NCBI RefSeq assembly: GCF_964194155.1
Contig: NC_135898.1
Coordinates: forward strand, 17,918,001 to 17,982,000
Direction: 5' to 3'
DNA length: 64,000 nt
Source: Cetorhinus maximus
Lineage: Eukaryota
How positions within the stretch are numbered: position 1 is the first letter of the stretch; the number at the start of each line of letters is the position of its first letter. Both the position numbers and the translations under genes were made by a program. Positions 61,255-64,000 of this stretch are shown here, one piece after another. The notes beneath the pieces were generated by a model, which did no database searches, was not told where the DNA came from, and was given only the letters and a program-made list of their open reading frames with translations.

Positions 61255-61688
61255 TCCACGTTAGCTCAGTGGTAGCATACTTACCTTTGAAGCAAAATGT
61301 CTAGGGTTCAAGCTTCACTCCAGAAATTTGGATGCATAATTTAGGCTGATCCTTCACTGAAATACTGAGGGATTGCACCACTTTTGACGCAGTTGCCTTT
61401 TGGATTAAATGTTAAACTTATGCCCCGTTTTCATAAATCTATTTGAAAAAGAGCAAGAAAGTTGTCCTGGTCGATATTTCTCCCTTCATGAGCCAACATA
61501 ACTACAACAGTTTAATGGCTCGTTTGTCTCATTGCTGTTTGTGGTACCTTGCTCTGAGCAATTGGCTGTCGCATTTTCCTATATTACAAGCAGCATAGTT
61601 GAACTTTAAAAGTACTTTGTTTCTATGAAGAAATACATATATATGTTGGGGATATAATCCATTCTGTAAATGCAAGTTCTTTCTTTTT
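61255..61688 (+). mobile_element. Deu-domain SINE (SacSINE1-like)
   Basis: tRNA head TAGCTCAGTGGTAGCA...GGGTTCAAG, core CATTGCTGTTTGTGG, and tail AATGCAAGTTCTTTCTTT. Confidence 0.8.
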
Positions 61689-61751
61689 GAATGAATCTGA
61701 GACTATTTTTGTGAACTACTTTTGGTGTCCTTCTGGGATCAGGAATGGAAT

Positions 61752-62025
61752 TGGGGCCCCTGTGATGGCTTAGTGGTCAAATACATTGTAAGGCATGGTA
61801 AAGCGTAACACAGATTTGAAAGAACTAGATTCAATCCTCATCATTGCTAATCTGGAGTTGTGGCTGGGGCACAACAATTGGCCTTACTGTACCAATGCTG
61901 GAAAGGGAAATATTAACCCTAATTAATGATCGCACCATTGTAGAAACCACTGCAATTCACTACCCAGTGATTACTGCTTTAAATTTGGGGAAGGATAGGT
62001 TTAATCCTGGATGTGATACTCTAAA
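61752..62025 (+). mobile_element. Old tRNA-derived SINE (LF-SINE-like)
   Basis: A-box TGGCTTAGTGG, degenerate B-box AGATTCAATCC, and ACAATTGGCCT...GGGAAGGATAGG body. Confidence 0.4.
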
Positions 62026-62185
62026 AGGAAGTCTTGCATCATGTTTCATGATCTCAGAATATTCAGAGGTGTTTTACAGCCAATAAACTACTTTTGAAGA
62101 GCAGTCACTGTTGTAATATAGGAAATGTGGCAGCCAATTTAGATACAAGTTCCCACAAACAGCAATGTGATAAACTGTTTTTAAC

Positions 62186-63186
62186 TGTTTCACGCCTTCT
62201 CCTCCCTCCCAGAAACATGATAGAGTCCCCCTTGTCCTCACTTATCACCCCACCAGCCTCCGCATTCAAAGGATCATCCTCCACCATTTCCGCCAACTCC
62301 AGCATGATGCCACCACCAAACACATCTTCCCTTCACCCCCCCCGGCGGCATTCTGTAGGGATCGTTCCCTCCGGGACACCTTGGTCCACTCCTCCATCAC
62401 CCCCTACTCCTCAACCCCCACCTATGGCACCTCCCCATGCCCACGCAGAAGATGCAACACCTGCCCCTTCACTTCCTCTCTCCTCACTGTCCAAGGGCCC
62501 AAACACTCCTTTCAAGTGAAGCAGCATTTCACTTGTATTTCCCCTAACTTAGTCTACTGCATTCGTTGCTCCCAATGCGGTCTACTCTACATTGGAGAGA
62601 CCAAACGCAAACTGGGCGACCGCTTTGCAGAACACCTGCGGTCTGTCCGCAAGAAAGACCCAAACCTCCCTGTCGCTTGCCATTTTAACATGCCACCCTG
62701 CTCTCTTGCCCACATGTCTGTCCTTGGCTTGCTGCATTGTTCCAGTGAAGCCCAACGCAAACTGGAGGAACAGCACCTCATCTTCCGACTAGGCACTTTA
62801 CAGCCTTCCGGGCTGAATATTGAATTCAACAACTTTAGATCTTAAACTCCCTCCCCCATCCCTACCCCCTTCCCGTTTCTTCCCCCTCCCTTTTGTTTTT
62901 TCCAATAATTTATATAGATTTTTCTTTTCCCACCTGTTTCCATTATTTTTAAATCTATAACTGTAATACCCTGTCGTCAGTCTTTCCACCCCACCCCCAC
63001 TAGAGCTGTACCTTGAGTGTCCTTCCATCCATTTTTAATTAGCACATTTTCTTAGATAATATCACCACCTTTAACACCCCTTTGTTCCTTTTGTCTGTGA
63101 CATCTTTTGATTATCTGCTCCTATCACTGCTTGCTTGTCCCTACAACCACCCCGCCCCCCAACTTCTCTCCCCCCCCACCCCACAA
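62186..63186 (+). mobile_element. Penelope-like retroelement fragment: RT thumb, Cys linker, GIY-YIG endonuclease and 3' UTR
   Basis: RVPLVLTYHPT..., then ORF 62381-62845 PCPRRRCNTC...FTC...NLVYCIRC..CGLLYIGETKRKLGDRFAEHL...E..LIFRLGTLQPSGLNIEF. The 3' UTR is related to the arms at 12636-13852. Confidence 0.93.
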
Positions 63187-63203
63187 ATTCGCTTTTGGAG
63201 AGT

Positions 63204-63470
63204 ATGTTGTGGTTTGTTGTACATTGCAACATGAATAGTAATCTGTAGTAACCTGAGATGTAATATACCTTTAAGACAAGTATTGTAATGTAAGGTCACA
63301 TGATCTTATTGTCCAATAGCAGAGTAGTGCAGGCTACCTCTATGTGAGAGAGTCTTGAGTTAGTCACTGATGAGTGAAGATGTTGTGAGCGCACAAACAT
63401 AGCTGTAGAGTTAGTTTGTAAATAAATAGCATGTGTTTATTCTAACAACTATCTCCAGATGTTTTCCGTC
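63204..63470 (+). mobile_element. Possible Gypsy-type solo LTR
   Basis: Starts with TGT and contains CTTTAAGA, GGTCACATGAT and AATAAA. 3' end not resolved. Confidence 0.35.
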
Positions 63471-64000
63471 TCTATATTGACTCGGTCACCCCGAACAAAG
63501 CGTGCAACCCGGATCCTTTAGCCCCCGCAAACCAAGGGCACTGGATCCAAGATAATCATGATTAAAATCAAACTTGCCTAGTTGGAATCTCTTTAGTCTG
63601 ATTCGAAATTGGCACTAGGAAGTTTTAATCTGAGCAGACACCAGAGTCAGCTCATGTACTTTGTTTATGCTATGAATTTTAATTTTAGAATTCTAAGTTG
63701 TGATCAAATCTGAATTTGCTGCCATTGTGTAAAGTGATAAATTTTAAAAGAAAATAAATAATAGGTTCCCTATCAGCCTTCTCTTTCTTAGTTTCCTTCC
63801 CCCACTCCTTGAAGGTCAGAAGTCCAATGCTGTCATTAATCAGTGCCATATGAGAAAAGATAGTTTAAAACATGGAAGAATAGAAATTTCACTAGAGACT
63901 GCTAGAGTAATTGGCTGATCCTCTTGCTGTAAGATCAGAGGGTTGAAAGGGCACAGTGTGGAGTATTCCCTGAGGAAGAAAAGGCTAAGCATGCCATTAC

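Noticed and set aside
61255-61325. tRNA genes at A/B-box sequences (also 2750, 14035, 21740, 50870)
   Set aside because: No complete cloverleaf; each continues into a SINE body.

Overview
Repeat-dominated vertebrate non-coding DNA (intronic or intergenic), most consistent with a cartilaginous fish such as a shark. That assignment is inferred from the CR1/L2 LINEs, Deu-domain SINEs and Penelope families present. No intact host gene could be identified. Two systems stand out. (1) A family of Penelope-like (GIY-YIG) retroelement remnants carries minimal type-I hammerhead ribozyme motifs. It occurs as tiny (110-180 bp) or fold-back (0.76 and 1.2 kb) insertions with 11-15 bp target duplications. 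(2) PIF/Harbinger DNA transposons are unusually dense. They include one full-length but inactivated element (30912-35017, 12-bp TIRs, ATG TSD) with a transposase gene and a convergent three-exon Myb/SANT gene, several older decayed copies, and hairpin-rich ~660-bp MITEs with non-canonical 3-bp TSDs. The rest is CR1/L2 LINE fragments, tRNA-derived SINEs, LTR-like pieces, Tigger-like and hAT-like MITEs and a 32-33 bp minisatellite. Most short ORFs in the supplied track are noise or transposon fragments.
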